Shown: positions 9,012-19,664 of the stretch, piece by piece | Layout of the letters: each line of letters opens with the position of its first letter | Position numbering within the stretch: the stretch's first letter is position 1 | NCBI GenBank assembly: GCA_964454445.1 | Contig: CAYVTD010000013.1 | Span: forward strand, 1 to 62,140 | Direction: 5' to 3' | From: an uncultured Hyphomicrobiales bacterium | GTDB taxonomy: Bacteria > Bacteroidota > Ignavibacteria > Kapaibacteriales > UBA2268 | DNA: 62,140 bases | Made by a program: the position numbers and the translations under genes | Notes under the pieces: generated by a model | Database searches by the model: none | The model's input: the letters and a program-made list of their open reading frames with translations, nothing else | Told to the model about the DNA's origin: nothing

Positions 9012-11180
9012 ATGATAGGATTAATAATGAAAAATTTTCTTTTTTTTGTTTTACTTATAATTATAATATTCGCACCTGCATTATCTGAAGATAACGTACT
9101 TGATAGCCGCTATGGCATTTATGGTGCATTCAATTTCAATTTTCATTCTGCAGATTTCAACAAACTCAGAGATATACCAAATTGCTGTCCTCAATTTGAA
9201 AACGGCTCGGGAACAGGCTTGAATATTGGTGCTTTATATGAAGTGCCGCTAAGCAAGCAGCTTCTGCTTGGTTTTCGTTTTGGTTATATGACTCTTGATG
9301 GCGAATTGACGAATACTGAATCTACTTTAGTTATAGTCAATAGACGACTAGCAAGCGGCGAATTTACGCACACAATGATAGGTAAGTTTTCCAATATTGG
9401 CATAGAGCCATATTTTTCCTATCAGCTTTTTAATTATTTTTTTCTAGGTGTTGGTCTTCGTTTCGGAGCCAATCTGACAGCAACATACAACCAAAAGGAA
9501 GAAATTACAAAGCCTGCAAGCGTTGGTACATTTGCAGATTCACTTGGAAATGACACTTATAGCAGAACAAGAAATGTCCGCTCAGGAGATATTCCCGATG
9601 CTGTTTCTCCAATTAACCATTTGATATTTAGAGCGAATTACGATTTGCCACTTAATAAAGACAGATCTATGCTGTTGTCGCCTGAAATGGCTTTCTATGT
9701 TAGTTTAAACGAATTTGTCAAGGAAACAAGTTGGAAGGTCGGCACTCTTAGTTTGGGCTTGTCTATAAAGTATTCTCCGAAGTCTTTTCAAAAGAAAATC
9801 GAAGAGTTCAAGGAGGATATCATTATTGACACGATTCACATCGCCTCAGAAAACGTAAAGTCAGAGGAAATTGTCATTGGAAAGCAATTAAAGAGAACAA
9901 TAGTAAAAGAAACAGACGGTAAAATCGAAACAACAGACTTCATAAAAAGAACTGACACACTTCTCTATCCAAAAACTTATGAACTATCTGGCGATATTTT
10001 TCTTTTTGGAGTTGATAAAGATGGCCAAGAGATAGACAATCCCTTGTTTAAAATCGAAGAATTTGCATCGAACCGCTATCATCCATTGCTCAATTATATT
10101 TTCTTCGATGAGAATTCGTCAAATATTCCAGCGAGATATGTGCGCTTGAATGCGCAAGAAACAGATAATTTTTTTATTGATAGTCTTTATAATGAAACGA
10201 CTATTGAAGTTTATTTTCAATTACTTAACATTATCGGAAAGCGATTGGCGGAAAATGCAGATGCTAAACTAACAATAATTGGTTGCAATTCGGATATTGG
10301 CTTGGAAAAAGGGAATTCAGGATTATCTCTCAAACGAGCCGAGGCAGTAAAATCGTATTTGGTTGATGTATGGAAAATAAATGCAACCAGGTTGGAAGTT
10401 AAATCGAGGATTTTACCGGAAAAAGCATCATTTCCAGTTGAAGAAGAGGACAAGGCATCTGAAAATAGGCGGGTAGAGTTATATTCCGATAATTTCAAAG
10501 TTCTCGAGCCTGTCGTAATCGAAACAATCACTCGAACAGCAAATCCGCCAGTTGTCCGCTTCAAGCTAACAGCCAAGTCGGATACCGGTTTGGAAAAATG
10601 GAGAATTTATGCTACACAAACAAATATGGATAAAGACGAAAATTTTGAAAAAGTTGGCTCAGAGACTCTACCTGAAAAGGTGGATTGGCATCTTGAATCT
10701 TTTCAAAAATATATGCCTAGATATGCCCAACCAATTATTTATTCGCTCGATTTAACAGATAGAACTGGTAAAAATGAAAAAGTTGAAAAATCGTCGTCAG
10801 ATATGAATATCATATCAATAAAGCAAAAACGCATTCAAAAGATCGACGATTATGAAATCGAAAACTACAGTTTGATTCTATTTGATTTCGATAAAGCTGA
10901 TATCGAAGAAGGTAATAAAAGAGTCATTAACTTTATTTTAAGTAAAATAAAAGCATCTTCTCAGATTGAAATAAAAGGATATACTGACCGAACCGGCGAC
11001 GACGCATACAATAAACGGCTCTCGGGACGACGTGCGCAAGCTGCAAAAGCCGCCTTGAAACGACAAGATGCCATTTCGCTGGGTATTGGAGAGGATGTTT
11101 TGCTTTATGACAATGATCTGCCAGAGGGACGATTCTATTGCCGAACAGTCGAGGTAACAATAAAAACAAAAGTTGAATAG
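9012..11180 (+). CDS. OmpA-family outer-membrane protein with two OmpA_C-like peptidoglycan-binding domains
   Basis: Signal peptide. N-terminal region is beta-strand rich. The internal OmpA-like motif is LSLKRAEAVKSYL...NRRVELY and the C-terminal one is YTDRTGDDAYNKRLSGRRAQAAKAAL. The start could also be the ATG at 9027. Confidence 0.75.
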   Translation: MIGLIMKNFLFFVLLIIIIFAPALSEDNVLDSRYGIYGAFNFNFHSADFNKLRDIPNCCPQFENGSGTGLNIGALYEVPLSKQLLLGFRFGYMTLDGELTNTESTLVIVNRRLASGEFTHTMIGKFSNIGIEPYFSYQLFNYFFLGVGLRFGANLTATYNQKEEITKPASVGTFADSLGNDTYSRTRNVRSGDIPDAVSPINHLIFRANYDLPLNKDRSMLLSPEMAFYVSLNEFVKETSWKVGTLSLGLSIKYSPKSFQKKIEEFKEDIIIDTIHIASENVKSEEIVIGKQLKRTIVKETDGKIETTDFIKRTDTLLYPKTYELSGDIFLFGVDKDGQEIDNPLFKIEEFASNRYHPLLNYIFFDENSSNIPARYVRLNAQETDNFFIDSLYNETTIEVYFQLLNIIGKRLAENADAKLTIIGCNSDIGLEKGNSGLSLKRAEAVKSYLVDVWKINATRLEVKSRILPEKASFPVEEEDKASENRRVELYSDNFKVLEPVVIETITRTANPPVVRFKLTAKSDTGLEKWRIYATQTNMDKDENFEKVGSETLPEKVDWHLESFQKYMPRYAQPIIYSLDLTDRTGKNEKVEKSSSDMNIISIKQKRIQKIDDYEIENYSLILFDFDKADIEEGNKRVINFILSKIKASSQIEIKGYTDRTGDDAYNKRLSGRRAQAAKAALKRQDAISLGIGEDVLLYDNDLPEGRFYCRTVEVTIKTKVE

Positions 11181-11195
11181 GATCTTAAAATTTTA

Positions 11196-12182
11196 ATGAA
11201 AAAAAAGAAAACTCAAATAAAAGATTATCTATCCTCAGGTGGGAAAATGCTGTTGTCCAAATCTTTTTTGGTGGCATTTTTCTTTGCCATTGCCTTGTGG
11301 GCATTTAATACAATGAACGACACTTATATAGTAACGTATTCTATTCCCTTGAGCATCAAAGTACCAAAGAACAGGGCTATCGAAGGGGTGGTACCTGAAA
11401 AGATTCCGGTGAAATTACGTGGACAAGGCTGGAACTTGTTTTTTATAATGAACTTCAACAACACAGCTCGATGCGAAATTGACTTAAGCAAAACAGATAT
11501 TGCCGATTTTAAATATCATTTAACATATAGCGATATTTTATCTGGTGTCCAAGATATGGTCAATGTCGAGGCAGTCGATGTGGGAGGGAAACTTTTCGAC
11601 CTTAGTATTGGCAAAATGGTAGAGAAAAAAATCCCGGTAATACCTGATGCTGATATAAAGACAAGGCGTATGCTTATGCTTGCAGGCATTGTCAAATCGC
11701 TCCCTGATAGCATCATTATACGAGGTAATAAAAAAGTGGTTGACTCTATCAATAGTTGGTTTACCGAAAAAATCGAACTCAGAGATGTTTATAAACCATT
11801 TAATCAAAAAGTTCTCTTGGTTAAACCACTGCCGGTTGTTACATTAAGTGTTACCGAAGTAAAAGTTTATGCTGACATCCAACAAACAGCCGAGATGTGT
11901 ATTTACGATGTGCCGATTACTGTCAGAGGAGGACGGCTGCCAAGAAACAATATATTATTACCTGAAAAAATAACGGTTTACCTTCGCGGTGGAGCTAAAG
12001 ATTTTGCTGAATATGGCTATTTAAACCTTCAGAGTTCAATCTCTGCATCAATAAATTATGCCGATTTAAACAACGACTCTGTTCAGTATACAATCCCGAA
12101 AGTCAAGGCACCAATTCAGTTTACGGTTATAAAAACAGAACCTGAACAGATTGCCCCGGTAAGAATAATTAGTCAGAATTAA
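11196..12182 (+). CDS. YbbR-like repeat membrane protein (CdaR-like architecture)
   Basis: N-terminal TM helix, then repeated PEKIPVKLRGQGW / PEKITVYLRGG-type segments typical of YbbR domains. Confidence 0.45.
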   Translation: MKKKKTQIKDYLSSGGKMLLSKSFLVAFFFAIALWAFNTMNDTYIVTYSIPLSIKVPKNRAIEGVVPEKIPVKLRGQGWNLFFIMNFNNTARCEIDLSKTDIADFKYHLTYSDILSGVQDMVNVEAVDVGGKLFDLSIGKMVEKKIPVIPDADIKTRRMLMLAGIVKSLPDSIIIRGNKKVVDSINSWFTEKIELRDVYKPFNQKVLLVKPLPVVTLSVTEVKVYADIQQTAEMCIYDVPITVRGGRLPRNNILLPEKITVYLRGGAKDFAEYGYLNLQSSISASINYADLNNDSVQYTIPKVKAPIQFTVIKTEPEQIAPVRIISQN

Positions 12183-12191
12183 AAATTTTGC

Positions 12192-12542
12192 TTATTGATG
12201 ATCTTTGGGATTCTCACCATACTGGTTTTCGCCAGGCTTGCTGTCCATAACAAATAATATCAATAACACCAAAGCACCCAAAAAAGGAACAAGACCTATT
12301 AACATTAGCCAACCGGACTGACCAATATCATGCAATCTACGGACACCAACGGCTAATCCCGGTATTAAAACAGCCAATCCATATAAAATGCTTAATATTC
12401 CGAAGAGCCCGAGCAGAGTGTCGATAACTCCGAGTATTAATCCTATGATCAAGTTAAACAAGGCAAAAAACCAGAATTCGCTGCGCCTCGAACGTCCCTC
12501 GAATTGAGCATATTTCTTTAATGCAAGTAGATACCAATTCAT
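12192..12542 (-). CDS. DUF805-family inner-membrane protein
   Basis: RSEFWFF...GVRRLHDIG motif, with flanking TM helices characteristic of DUF805 (YhaH/YhaI-like). Confidence 0.8.
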   Translation of the reverse strand: MNWYLLALKKYAQFEGRSRRSEFWFFALFNLIIGLILGVIDTLLGLFGILSILYGLAVLIPGLAVGVRRLHDIGQSGWLMLIGLVPFLGALVLLILFVMDSKPGENQYGENPKDHQ

Positions 12543-12853
12543 AATTTATCCTCCAATTAGTGAAAAAAGGTGAATTCAAACAAAAAGAAACACATATGCT
12601 TTATTATAAAATAAATTTCAAAAAAGATTTAAGTAAATTACAAAAATACAATCGACAAAACAAAGAATTTATTATATTGGCATTATATTTTTTTATAAGC
12701 CCGCAAAACAAACTCTAATTAGATAGTTATGAAAAAAAAGTAAATATATTAAATTTTTTATTCAAATACTTCAAATAGTTTTAGTATTTTAAAAAGTTTG
12801 TAAATGTCAAAAACAGAGAAAGAGTTTATATCTAAACGTTGAGAGGAGATTTT

Positions 12854-14902
12854 ATGGTTGAGGAGAAACGCTTTGTTCCTTTTGTTCCCGCTGAATCGAA
12901 TATGCCGGAGTTTACGATTAAAGCATTAGTAATCGGTTTAGTACTATGTGTTATACTAGGTGCAGCAAATGCCTATCTAGGACTGAAAGCAGGTATGACC
13001 ATTGCAGCTACTTATCCCGCGGCTGTTATTGGTATGGCTTTGCTTAAAGTTTTCAAGGGATCAATTCTTGAAGAGAACTTTACAAGAACAGTAGGCTCTA
13101 TCGGCGAATCAGTAGCCGCAGGGGCAGTGTTCACATTGCCGGCATTCTTTATATCAGGGATATGGCCCGAGTTTTATACAACTGGAAATTATATTATTTC
13201 CAGCTTGATAATGCTGACTGGTGGCGTTCTTGGTATAATGTTCGTGGCATTACTAAGGCGAGTAATGGTCGAAGACAAAGATTTGCCATTCCCGGAATCT
13301 GTAGCAGCTGCAGAAATACATAAAACAGGCCGATCGGCTGGTGGCAATTCAAAATTTTTATTTTATGCAATGGCTTTTGGCGGTTTGGTCAAGGCGCTTG
13401 GCGAGTTCAAGTTTTTTGCATTTACTTGGGAAAAATTTGTCGCTTTCGGTAAAAACGTAATCGGCTTGACAGGCACCAGTACTACTGCGGCAACCCAGGG
13501 AGGTATGCTACTTAGCTCACCCGGTTTGAAGCCGGCTTATATAGGTGTAGGTTATATTATCGGACCTCGACTTGCATCTCTTAATTTTAGCGGTGGTATC
13601 TTGGCTTGGGGGCTTCTAACTCCTATTTTGCTCTATTTTATTGCTCCATACCTGAATTTGGAAGCCGCAATTCAAGCATTGATGGCAGGAGCGGATCACA
13701 AATCTCTAGAGGAAGCAACAGAGATAATCTGGACACGTGCTGCTTATGATGTTTGGAAATTTATTGTTCGTCCAATAGCCATCGGTGGTATGCTCGTTGG
13801 CACTGCATTTACGCTATGGAAAATGAGAAAAAGCTTGTTTGCAGGTATTGCCCGCTCTGTTAGCGATGTTAAAAAAGCCGCAACAGGCGAATCAACAACT
13901 GCAAGAACAGATAAAGATATTAGTTTCAATTGGATACTTATCGGTATTCTTGGAGTTGCGTTAGCTACATTCTTAATAACGTTCCTTATTTTTAAAACGG
14001 AATTTTATGTAGCTCTGGTTGCATCGATTGTTATGATTATAGCCGGATTTTTCTTCGGAGCAGTTTCCGGTTATTTAGTAGGTATTATTGGCTCGTCTAA
14101 CAATCCAATATCAGGATTAACAATATCGACAGTAGTTGTAACTGCCCTTCTTATGTTAATACTTGGAGCAACAGGTATAGAAGGAATAGCAGCAACTCTC
14201 GCAGTAGCGGCAATAGTATGTGTTTCAGCTGCTGTTGCTGGCGAGATGCTCCAAGATTTGAAAGCAGGGCATATACTCGGTGGAACTCCTTGGAGAATGC
14301 AAATTGGAGATATTTTTGGGGTTGTTGTTGCTTCTGCTGTTATGTTCATTCCATTATTTATCCTACACGAAGGCGATATTATGTCGGGCGGAACTGGCTT
14401 TGGTGGCAAGGAGCTCCCTGCTCCACAAGCGAGTTTGATGGCATTATTATCGCAAGGCATTATCGGCGGCGAAATGGCTTGGCCCCTCATAATTGTCGGT
14501 ATGCTAATGGGTGCCGGATTCATTCTTATGCAAGTAAAAAGCCCAATGCTTGTGTCGATAGGTATGTATTTGCCGTTGGAAACAACATTCGCCATTTTCA
14601 TCGGAGGCGTAATAAAGGGTATCCTAGAGAGATTTCAAGAAAGAGCAAAACATAACGAAGCCCAAAAAGCAAGAACCGAAAATATTGGCGTGTTACTTGC
14701 TTCTGGTTTGATAGCCGGAGAGGCGCTCGTAGGGCTGCTGTTTGCTGGTTTGGCATTTGGTGAGATACAGATGTGGAGTTTCCCATATCCTTCGTTTATC
14801 ACTAGTTTATTTATATTTGTGCTCATTGGTTGGATATTGGTCAAGCTTCCATTATCCAAAGCTGGTAGGGCAGATGAACCAGCTCCGCCAAAAGCCATGT
14901 AA
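12854..14902 (+). CDS. OPT-family oligopeptide transporter
   Basis: About 16 predicted TM segments and a long Gly-rich polytopic layout typical of OPT transporters. The ATG at 12854 is preferred over the upstream TTG because of the GAGAGGAG Shine-Dalgarno 7 nt upstream. Confidence 0.85.
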   Translation: MVEEKRFVPFVPAESNMPEFTIKALVIGLVLCVILGAANAYLGLKAGMTIAATYPAAVIGMALLKVFKGSILEENFTRTVGSIGESVAAGAVFTLPAFFISGIWPEFYTTGNYIISSLIMLTGGVLGIMFVALLRRVMVEDKDLPFPESVAAAEIHKTGRSAGGNSKFLFYAMAFGGLVKALGEFKFFAFTWEKFVAFGKNVIGLTGTSTTAATQGGMLLSSPGLKPAYIGVGYIIGPRLASLNFSGGILAWGLLTPILLYFIAPYLNLEAAIQALMAGADHKSLEEATEIIWTRAAYDVWKFIVRPIAIGGMLVGTAFTLWKMRKSLFAGIARSVSDVKKAATGESTTARTDKDISFNWILIGILGVALATFLITFLIFKTEFYVALVASIVMIIAGFFFGAVSGYLVGIIGSSNNPISGLTISTVVVTALLMLILGATGIEGIAATLAVAAIVCVSAAVAGEMLQDLKAGHILGGTPWRMQIGDIFGVVVASAVMFIPLFILHEGDIMSGGTGFGGKELPAPQASLMALLSQGIIGGEMAWPLIIVGMLMGAGFILMQVKSPMLVSIGMYLPLETTFAIFIGGVIKGILERFQERAKHNEAQKARTENIGVLLASGLIAGEALVGLLFAGLAFGEIQMWSFPYPSFITSLFIFVLIGWILVKLPLSKAGRADEPAPPKAM

Positions 14903-15238
14903 GAAATATCAACTATTGAGTCTTTTGTGAAATTTCTATTAGAAAGCAGTTGTGAAATCTATAAAAAAAGTTAAAAAGTAATTTATAAAGATTTGTATAA
15001 TGTATAATATATATTATTTTGTAGTAAAAACCATTGCAAATTGTTAATCGAAAATTCTACAAGAAAATCATAGTTAATGTTATTTTTTTTTAGATTTTAT
15101 TGTTTTAAGTTGTATATTAGTAAATATGTTTGAACAAAACAAGATTTTTTACTTTTTTTAGGAAAAAAACAGGTTTTGTTTAAAAAATAAAAAAGTATTG
15201 AAAATAAATCATTTTACATTAATTAAGGATGAAGTAAT

Positions 15239-17731
15239 ATGTCAAAAGGCGGCGGCGCAGGAAAAGTGTACTTTGTTCTCTATCTTGCTGTTGTTCTTGA
15301 GCTTTTGATTATTATCGTCGAGCGTGACGAAGCTGAAGAACACCTGTTGAAAAAGCAAAAAGAGACAATGAGGATTGTTGAAAGTATTCTCCAACAATTA
15401 CAATCAGGTTCGGGTACTGAAGGTATCAATACTCGACCACAAGACGAAATAACTTTTCTCCCTGAGGGTTTTAACTCACAGCAAGAATTAAATGTTGATA
15501 TTAAACAATATAGGAAATACATTGTCGAAGTTGGTGTAACAGATATAACTAATGAGTTAAAATGGGACAAGAACTCAGGCGAATCTCAAACAGATTTCAC
15601 CGTGCGACTGAAAAAACTAGTTAAACTTGCCAATGTTCAAGAGATTGAATATCAATTATTCTTCAATGATAGCGATGATCCAAATAATGCTCCAGCATTT
15701 ATTTCTGAAGATACAATAAAGAAAAATAGAATAGATTTCACAAAAATGACTGCCGGTGATGAAGTTTATGCGTGGGATGGCACTCCTTGGAAATTCTTGG
15801 GGCTAAGGAAGCTTGTCCTCGATGATGGATTAACCTATAACAATCTGTTAAAGAATCATAGTATCGAAAATCTTACTTCTGATATGATTGTTCCAGAATA
15901 TCCATTAAACAAACGGATAACTATTGGCCCAAATTTCGCGCCTAAAGACATTGATACTAACTTTATATTCCACTATACTGGTGATTTAGATAGTCTTGCT
16001 GATAATAAAATTATTAGCTCATCAACCTCGAAGAAAAGGTCATTCTTTGTTTATTTCGAACCACCACGCCAAGCCGGCTGGTACAAATTGAGATTTGCTT
16101 CGCAAACTAACAGAATTTTAGGTGTCAAATCTGATGCCAATTACGAAGAACTGCCTGAAAACACAACTGTAAATATTGGTACTGTCCAGCTTACAGTAAA
16201 GGATTTAAGGAAGGTTATGAAAGAGCTTACGTCTACTCTTGAAAAATATCGTGATTTTCTCCCCGATTTTGAGGCATTCGCCAGGGACAAAGACGTAGAA
16301 AAATTTAATATGGGTTTAGTAAAATGCAAATCGATGACAGATAAAAGGGAAGAAACGAATACCGAATCTAAGGAAATGCAAAGTAAAATTGATCTCTATG
16401 GCTATATTGCCAAACTTCTTGCTCCTGGTCAATCGATTAACTTTGATCAAAACCGTGGTTCGATTGAGTTTAATATTCGCGTTACAACTCTGAATATGCC
16501 GCCAACAAAACCAAGTGTTTCTGGTCTTCCAAGCTACATTGCTTGTTTCGACAAGTTGCCGCCAGTATTCGAATTTGAAATAGGTCCTTTCCAGGGAGTA
16601 GATAAAAATAAGGTTTTTGGTAGGGTGCTTAATTCTAAAGGCGTTGAAGTAGCAAAAATAAATTGCACTTTGTCGTCTCAACAGTCTGTCGTGGCAAGTG
16701 CTTCCTCAGAAATCGGGAAATCACGAAAATACATTGGCACCGTCGATAGGGTTCTTGATGTTGCAGAAAAGAACTATATTATTGAGATTACTCATAATAT
16801 GGGATCTCAGAAAGCCGCAATTGATTCGGCAGATCTCGAGATATTTCCTTCGAAGATTGTAAATGAAGCCGATGTAATGAATAACTTTTCCGGGAAATAT
16901 AGTAACTCATATTATGGCGAGAAAGTTAATGTGTCGTTCAAGCCAGCATCGGGAAACAAACTAATTCCCGAACAATTTAGAACTTATCTTTTTACAGATC
17001 AAGAAACACAGCCAGTGCCACAAAGAGGTTTTTCAAACAGTGTGAACTGCGATGCGAAGTCGAATAACATAACATTGAGATTTACTTGGGTTCAGCCATT
17101 TACAAATACCGAGATTGACTTGTATCCTCAGGTCTCTGAACCAATTAAGCAAAGGCCCCCAAGAATAAATCAAAACAATAAAAACAAATCAATAACCGGA
17201 CCAGAGAATAGGATTTTAGTTGTTGTTTCTGGTATTATCATACCTGGCAGTTCTACGGGTAGCGCCGATAAACCTAAATCTGAAGTTGTTGTTGATAAAA
17301 CTATTAAAGTCAATACAGATAATCTTCTTAATGTAAAATCCTCAACAGCTTCGCCTGTAAGAGTAATAGAAGAAGGAGACGATAAATACAAGTTCTCATT
17401 CGAGTTGAGTGTCAAAATGGCTGATATGAAAAACTCAATAGATGGCAATTTAAGTTTTGGAGTTTCTGCTTATTCAATTAATCCTGTAAATAACAAATCA
17501 TCGGATAGAGAAACTGTTACAGTTACAATCCCAATGGATGATTTTTCACCCGATGGATTAGGTAGCTCCGGAGGCAGTTCTGGAGTTCCGGGCGGTAGAG
17601 GTTTACCTTCAAGAGGTAGTGGCGGCGGGACCCCACCACCTCCAGGCGGCGGTAGTGGCGGCGGAAGTGGGACCCCACCACCTCCAGGCGGTGGTAGTGG
17701 CGGCGGGACCCCACCACCAAGAGGAAGATAA
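15239..17731 (+). CDS. Large inner-membrane-anchored periplasmic protein with a GldM/PorM-like N-terminal TM motif (assignment tentative) and a Gly/Pro-rich repetitive C-terminal tail
   Basis: Short cytoplasmic N-terminus (MSKGGGAGK) and one TM helix VYFVLYLAVVLELLIII (compare GldM/PorM MINLMYLVFIAMLAL). A helical segment follows, then a large beta-rich periplasmic region. The tail is GGGTPPPPGGGSGGG repeats. AGGA Shine-Dalgarno upstream and a 335-bp AT-rich upstream region. Confidence 0.4.
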   Translation: MSKGGGAGKVYFVLYLAVVLELLIIIVERDEAEEHLLKKQKETMRIVESILQQLQSGSGTEGINTRPQDEITFLPEGFNSQQELNVDIKQYRKYIVEVGVTDITNELKWDKNSGESQTDFTVRLKKLVKLANVQEIEYQLFFNDSDDPNNAPAFISEDTIKKNRIDFTKMTAGDEVYAWDGTPWKFLGLRKLVLDDGLTYNNLLKNHSIENLTSDMIVPEYPLNKRITIGPNFAPKDIDTNFIFHYTGDLDSLADNKIISSSTSKKRSFFVYFEPPRQAGWYKLRFASQTNRILGVKSDANYEELPENTTVNIGTVQLTVKDLRKVMKELTSTLEKYRDFLPDFEAFARDKDVEKFNMGLVKCKSMTDKREETNTESKEMQSKIDLYGYIAKLLAPGQSINFDQNRGSIEFNIRVTTLNMPPTKPSVSGLPSYIACFDKLPPVFEFEIGPFQGVDKNKVFGRVLNSKGVEVAKINCTLSSQQSVVASASSEIGKSRKYIGTVDRVLDVAEKNYIIEITHNMGSQKAAIDSADLEIFPSKIVNEADVMNNFSGKYSNSYYGEKVNVSFKPASGNKLIPEQFRTYLFTDQETQPVPQRGFSNSVNCDAKSNNITLRFTWVQPFTNTEIDLYPQVSEPIKQRPPRINQNNKNKSITGPENRILVVVSGIIIPGSSTGSADKPKSEVVVDKTIKVNTDNLLNVKSSTASPVRVIEEGDDKYKFSFELSVKMADMKNSIDGNLSFGVSAYSINPVNNKSSDRETVTVTIPMDDFSPDGLGSSGGSSGVPGGRGLPSRGSGGGTPPPPGGGSGGGSGTPPPPGGGSGGGTPPPRGR
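17617..17722 (+). repeat. GC-rich ~42-bp tandem repeat (about 2.5 copies), in frame, encoding GGSGGG(S)GTPPPPGG
   Basis: ggtagtggcggcgg(aagtgg)gaccccaccacctccaggcgg recurs three times. It is strikingly GC-rich within an AT-rich genome and forms the C-terminus of the 830-aa protein. Confidence 0.8.
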
Positions 17732-17817
17732 TTATTATTATGCTAATGAAGAACTAAAAAAATTGACGATATAATTTAAAAATAATAATTTTTTATAGTA
17801 ATAGGGAAAGAATTATA

Positions 17818-19617
17818 ATGAGAGGGAAAAGAATAAGGTTAATTATCTCCATAGCTGCCTTGCTGATTTTTTCTCAATCTGCTCCACCATTAAAAGCTAA
17901 TGACGCTATAAATGACCCCGAAATCGAGCGGATTTTGAGAAGCTTTAAAAATTATCGCTTCAGCAATGTGTCTTTGTATGCTTATGATGAGATATCAATG
18001 CCTTTCGAGCAACTAAAAAAAGCTGTCGAATCGTTTTCAAATACTAGAAAAGGTGGCGCTACAGCAGTAACAGACGAGACAGTCAAAAATGCCTGCACTA
18101 GTCTTAGTGCTTCGGCAGGCAGAGATATTTGTCTTGAGATTGAATCTGCTATAAAAGGTGGGCAAAGCTGCCAGCAGGTGTTTAATAGCTTTAGCCAGCA
18201 AGGTATTGCTCTTAATCAAAATGAATTTGAAACCGCTTGTAGTTTTTACGATGAACAAATAAACAAGCGTTCAAATGAAGTAGTAATGCGACATGCTTAT
18301 ATCGTTACTTCAAGGCCTACTAAACAAGGGGACAATCCAAGTGAAATATATGCTTTGATTGTATCATATAATAGAAAAGATGGTTTGGAAGATAATCTTG
18401 AATCTGCTAACGCAGAAGAAATTTTTACAAAATATAGATTAAAGAATATTAAGCTTGACCCCGGAGAATTCGAAGGTGCTACCAGCTTCTATGAACTAAT
18501 TGAAAGATCACTACTCCAAGGATTAGTAACTAATAGCACACCAGATATGCAAGGTATTGGTTTCTATGATTTTACTCCACGAAGCAACAATATGACTAAT
18601 ACCCTTGAAATTGACCCAGCTACTATTCAAACTTATGACCTTCAGAAATATGTTATGCTTTCTGAAGGCAGTACTTATTTTAGTGAGAATTTCAATCAAC
18701 TTATACTTAGCCCAGATTTAATATCTTGGAAAAAATACAAGGATGTGAGTTGGTATCATGCCGAATATACCGACGAGAATGGGCAAGTTGTGAAATATCA
18801 AGCATATCCATCAAATTTTAATTTACCGGATATAGGCTTAGAAATCAGTTATGGCATAAATGACATCAATATCCCATCTTTTTGGAGCGAGCGAATTACT
18901 GCTTCAGCATTATGGCAAAGCGTAAAATTAGGCATTATTCTTCCTACTGCAGGCTACTCAAGCATAATGAAAGATGCTTTCGATCAAGACAGGACCTTGA
19001 CCAATGCCGGATTTGGTATTGCTGGAGAACTCGATTTTCCAATAGGTTTAGTAAAAAATAGTGGCGTTTTCCATATTAGTGCTGCTTTGAACTTCGGTGA
19101 TGCCGTTATTGCTGACTACAAGAATAGACCTAAAGATCCTTTGCTGATAGATAGTTCTTATTTTATACGTGGTGCAGATTTTTATGACTATCTCATAAGG
19201 GGAAATGCAACTGTACACTATACTTTTGGGCTGGCAATCGACCAAGATTATTGGATGCGTTTCCATATGGGCATATCGTATTACAATGTAGAGTATTGGT
19301 TTAATGATATTAAAACAGATCCAGTAACACAAGTGCAAAAGTTCAAATACATAGAATATAAAGATGAAAGTATTGTAGGGATTTCCGGTAAATTGGAGTT
19401 TATGTCCACAAACACAACCACACCTTTTGGTCTATCGTTATCCTATTTTGATGCAGCACTCGGAGCTAACGTATGGATGCAGATACCAATTGTTGAAAAC
19501 ACTTTTGCTTTGAAATTAGAAGGTAATGGTTACTTTGCTGCATTCCGAGATAATTTGCATAACTGGGAACGTAATAGCGTGTTTATACCGATGTTAAGGT
19601 TTATGGTTTACTTTTAG
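17818..19617 (+). CDS. Outer-membrane protein: periplasmic N-terminal domain plus C-terminal beta-barrel (paralog A)
   Basis: Signal peptide. The C-terminal half has amphipathic beta-strand periodicity (GFGIAGELDF, ATVHYTFGLAI, FGLSLSYFDAAL) and a terminal aromatic ...MLRFMVYF typical of OMP barrels. Confidence 0.55.
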   Translation: MRGKRIRLIISIAALLIFSQSAPPLKANDAINDPEIERILRSFKNYRFSNVSLYAYDEISMPFEQLKKAVESFSNTRKGGATAVTDETVKNACTSLSASAGRDICLEIESAIKGGQSCQQVFNSFSQQGIALNQNEFETACSFYDEQINKRSNEVVMRHAYIVTSRPTKQGDNPSEIYALIVSYNRKDGLEDNLESANAEEIFTKYRLKNIKLDPGEFEGATSFYELIERSLLQGLVTNSTPDMQGIGFYDFTPRSNNMTNTLEIDPATIQTYDLQKYVMLSEGSTYFSENFNQLILSPDLISWKKYKDVSWYHAEYTDENGQVVKYQAYPSNFNLPDIGLEISYGINDINIPSFWSERITASALWQSVKLGIILPTAGYSSIMKDAFDQDRTLTNAGFGIAGELDFPIGLVKNSGVFHISAALNFGDAVIADYKNRPKDPLLIDSSYFIRGADFYDYLIRGNATVHYTFGLAIDQDYWMRFHMGISYYNVEYWFNDIKTDPVTQVQKFKYIEYKDESIVGISGKLEFMSTNTTTPFGLSLSYFDAALGANVWMQIPIVENTFALKLEGNGYFAAFRDNLHNWERNSVFIPMLRFMVYF

Positions 19618-19664
19618 TGGAAATAATTTTTGAATAATCAGTAGGAAAATAAAAGGCATACAAA

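Noticed and set aside
14071-14898. Overlapping ORFs on both strands inside the OPT transporter gene (14071..14601, 14218..14655, 14598..14786, 14635..14898)
   Set aside because: They sit inside a long, well-supported polytopic transporter ORF and have Cys/Arg-rich or Pro-rich nonsense composition. Spurious.
17617-17722. GC-rich direct repeats considered as a possible CRISPR array or mobile-element remnant
   Set aside because: The repeats are contiguous with no spacers, in frame, and continue an 830-codon ORF to its stop. They encode a Gly/Pro linker, not a CRISPR array.
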